IMG/VR virus record: IMGVR_UViG_3300020470_000186 | Span: 1 to 25,935 of that record | DNA length: 25,935 nucleotides | Reading direction: 5' to 3' (one strand) | Origin: a virus | Taxonomy: Duplodnaviria; Caudoviricetes | Part shown: piece after piece, positions 25,212 to 25,935 of the stretch | Numbering within the stretch: the stretch's first letter is position 1 | Layout of the letters: each line of letters begins with the position of its first letter | Position numbers and translations under genes: made by a program | Notes under the pieces: model-generated | Databases searched by the model: none | Seen by the model: the letters and a program-made list of their open reading frames with translations, nothing else | Told to the model about the DNA's origin: nothing

Positions 25212-25410
25212 ATTCCTCCACTAAATCATTTAAATCATTGAGAAATAACCACTCGTATTTCTCACTTGGGTCAACACCATTGACAACATATTCTTCATAG
25301 ATAGCGTCTGCATCTTTGAAGTTCTCCATATCAACGTGAGTACGCAATTTACAGAGATAGTTGTCTTCGAGTAGGCGAATACTTGCCTCTCTATGTGTCA
25401 CTAATTCCAT
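25201..25410 (-). CDS. Hypothetical acidic protein (69 aa, start revised to MELVTH)
   Basis: The internal ATG at 25410 has a GGAGG RBS and TGATG coupling. The longer track start overlaps another gene. Confidence 0.75.
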   Translation of the reverse strand: MELVTHREASIRLLEDNYLCKLRTHVDMENFKDADAIYEEYVVNGVDPSEKYEWLFLNDLNDLVEEFDD

Positions 25411-25550
25411 CAAGATTGTCCTCCGTGAGTGATAGCAATTTCTGCTTTGTGGAATGATTTGAGTGCTTTCTTTGCCTCCTTTAGTGTAGAATAAGAGGCA
25501 TATTTGCACTTTTGACTATTAGGTGACCAATACCTAATTGTTGCGTTCAT
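25410..25550 (-). CDS. Small basic hypothetical protein (46 aa)
   Basis: MNATIRYWSPNSQKCKYASYSTLKEAKKALKSFHKAEIAITHGGQS*. GGAGG upstream; ATGA and TGATG couplings on either side. Confidence 0.68.
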   Translation of the reverse strand: MNATIRYWSPNSQKCKYASYSTLKEAKKALKSFHKAEIAITHGGQS

Positions 25551-25699
25551 TGTGCATTTACCTCCGAAAGTTGGTTGAGTTTACGTCTAATAGTGTTCCA
25601 ATGTTCGTTTACTAAATCATCAGTTTCGCAGATTTGTTCTTGCTCAATTAATAACAATAGAGAGTCAAGTTCCTGATAGGTTAGTATGACTTTATCCAT
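25547..25699 (-). CDS. Small hypothetical protein (50 aa)
   Basis: MDKVILTYQELDSLLLLIEQEQICETDDLVNEHWNTIRRKLNQLSEVNAQ*. Tiles between its neighbours. Confidence 0.68.
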   Translation of the reverse strand: MDKVILTYQELDSLLLLIEQEQICETDDLVNEHWNTIRRKLNQLSEVNAQ

Positions 25700-25703
25700 T
25701 GAA

Positions 25704-25877
25704 TTAATCAGCAACGTTAACAACTACTTCCCACACTTTACCATACTCAGTTAACCATTGCTTCTGGTAAGTTGAAAGAGTAATTGAATAGTTGTTTAAC
25801 AAATCGTCTGCTGATTGAATAGGTAATCCGTTAGCATTGCAGAAGTTGTTAAGAACGATGGTGAGAAATTGTAGCAT
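25704..25877 (-). CDS. Small hypothetical protein (57 aa)
   Basis: MLQFLTIVLNNFCNANGLPIQSADDLLNNYSITLSTYQKQWLTEYGKVWEVVVNVAD*. Stop is 4 nt before the next ATG. Confidence 0.68.
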   Translation of the reverse strand: MLQFLTIVLNNFCNANGLPIQSADDLLNNYSITLSTYQKQWLTEYGKVWEVVVNVAD

Positions 25878-25880
25878 AAT

Positions 25881-25913
25881 AAAGAAAAGAATGTGAGGGG
25901 AATTTCACCCCTC
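25881..25913 (-). terminator. GC-rich hairpin plus pyrimidine tract (terminator or leader structure)
   Basis: Minus strand GAGGGG-TGAAATT-CCCCTC followed by ACATTCTTTTCTTT. Confidence 0.4.
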
Positions 25914-25935
25914 TGGTTGTTAGTTAGTCTACCTC

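Overview
Segment of a T4-like cyanomyovirus genome (Prochlorococcus/Synechococcus-type), almost all on the minus strand. The left ~20 kb is a late baseplate module: a giant gp7-like wedge protein (>4392 aa, open at the left edge and therefore missing from the ORF track), gp6, gp25, a Cys-rich PAAR/gp5.4-like spike tip and a 1259-aa virion protein, with phage late-promoter motifs (C/ATAAATA). The right ~5.5 kb holds small early-type genes with sigma70-like promoters, two 2OG-Fe(II) oxygenases, an NlpC/P60 protein, an AbrB-like gene, a zinc-ribbon gene and a degenerate NUMOD4-HNH. Two observations stand out. (1) The gp7-like protein contains two nested helical domains that align by eye with phycobiliprotein subunits and keep Cys residues at both bilin-attachment positions. 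(2) An intergenic locus combines an orphan plus-strand promoter, a cluster of cyanobacterial-type DnaA boxes and an AT-rich tract, resembling an origin or a DnaA sink. All family assignments come from manual translation and motif recognition, not database searches.
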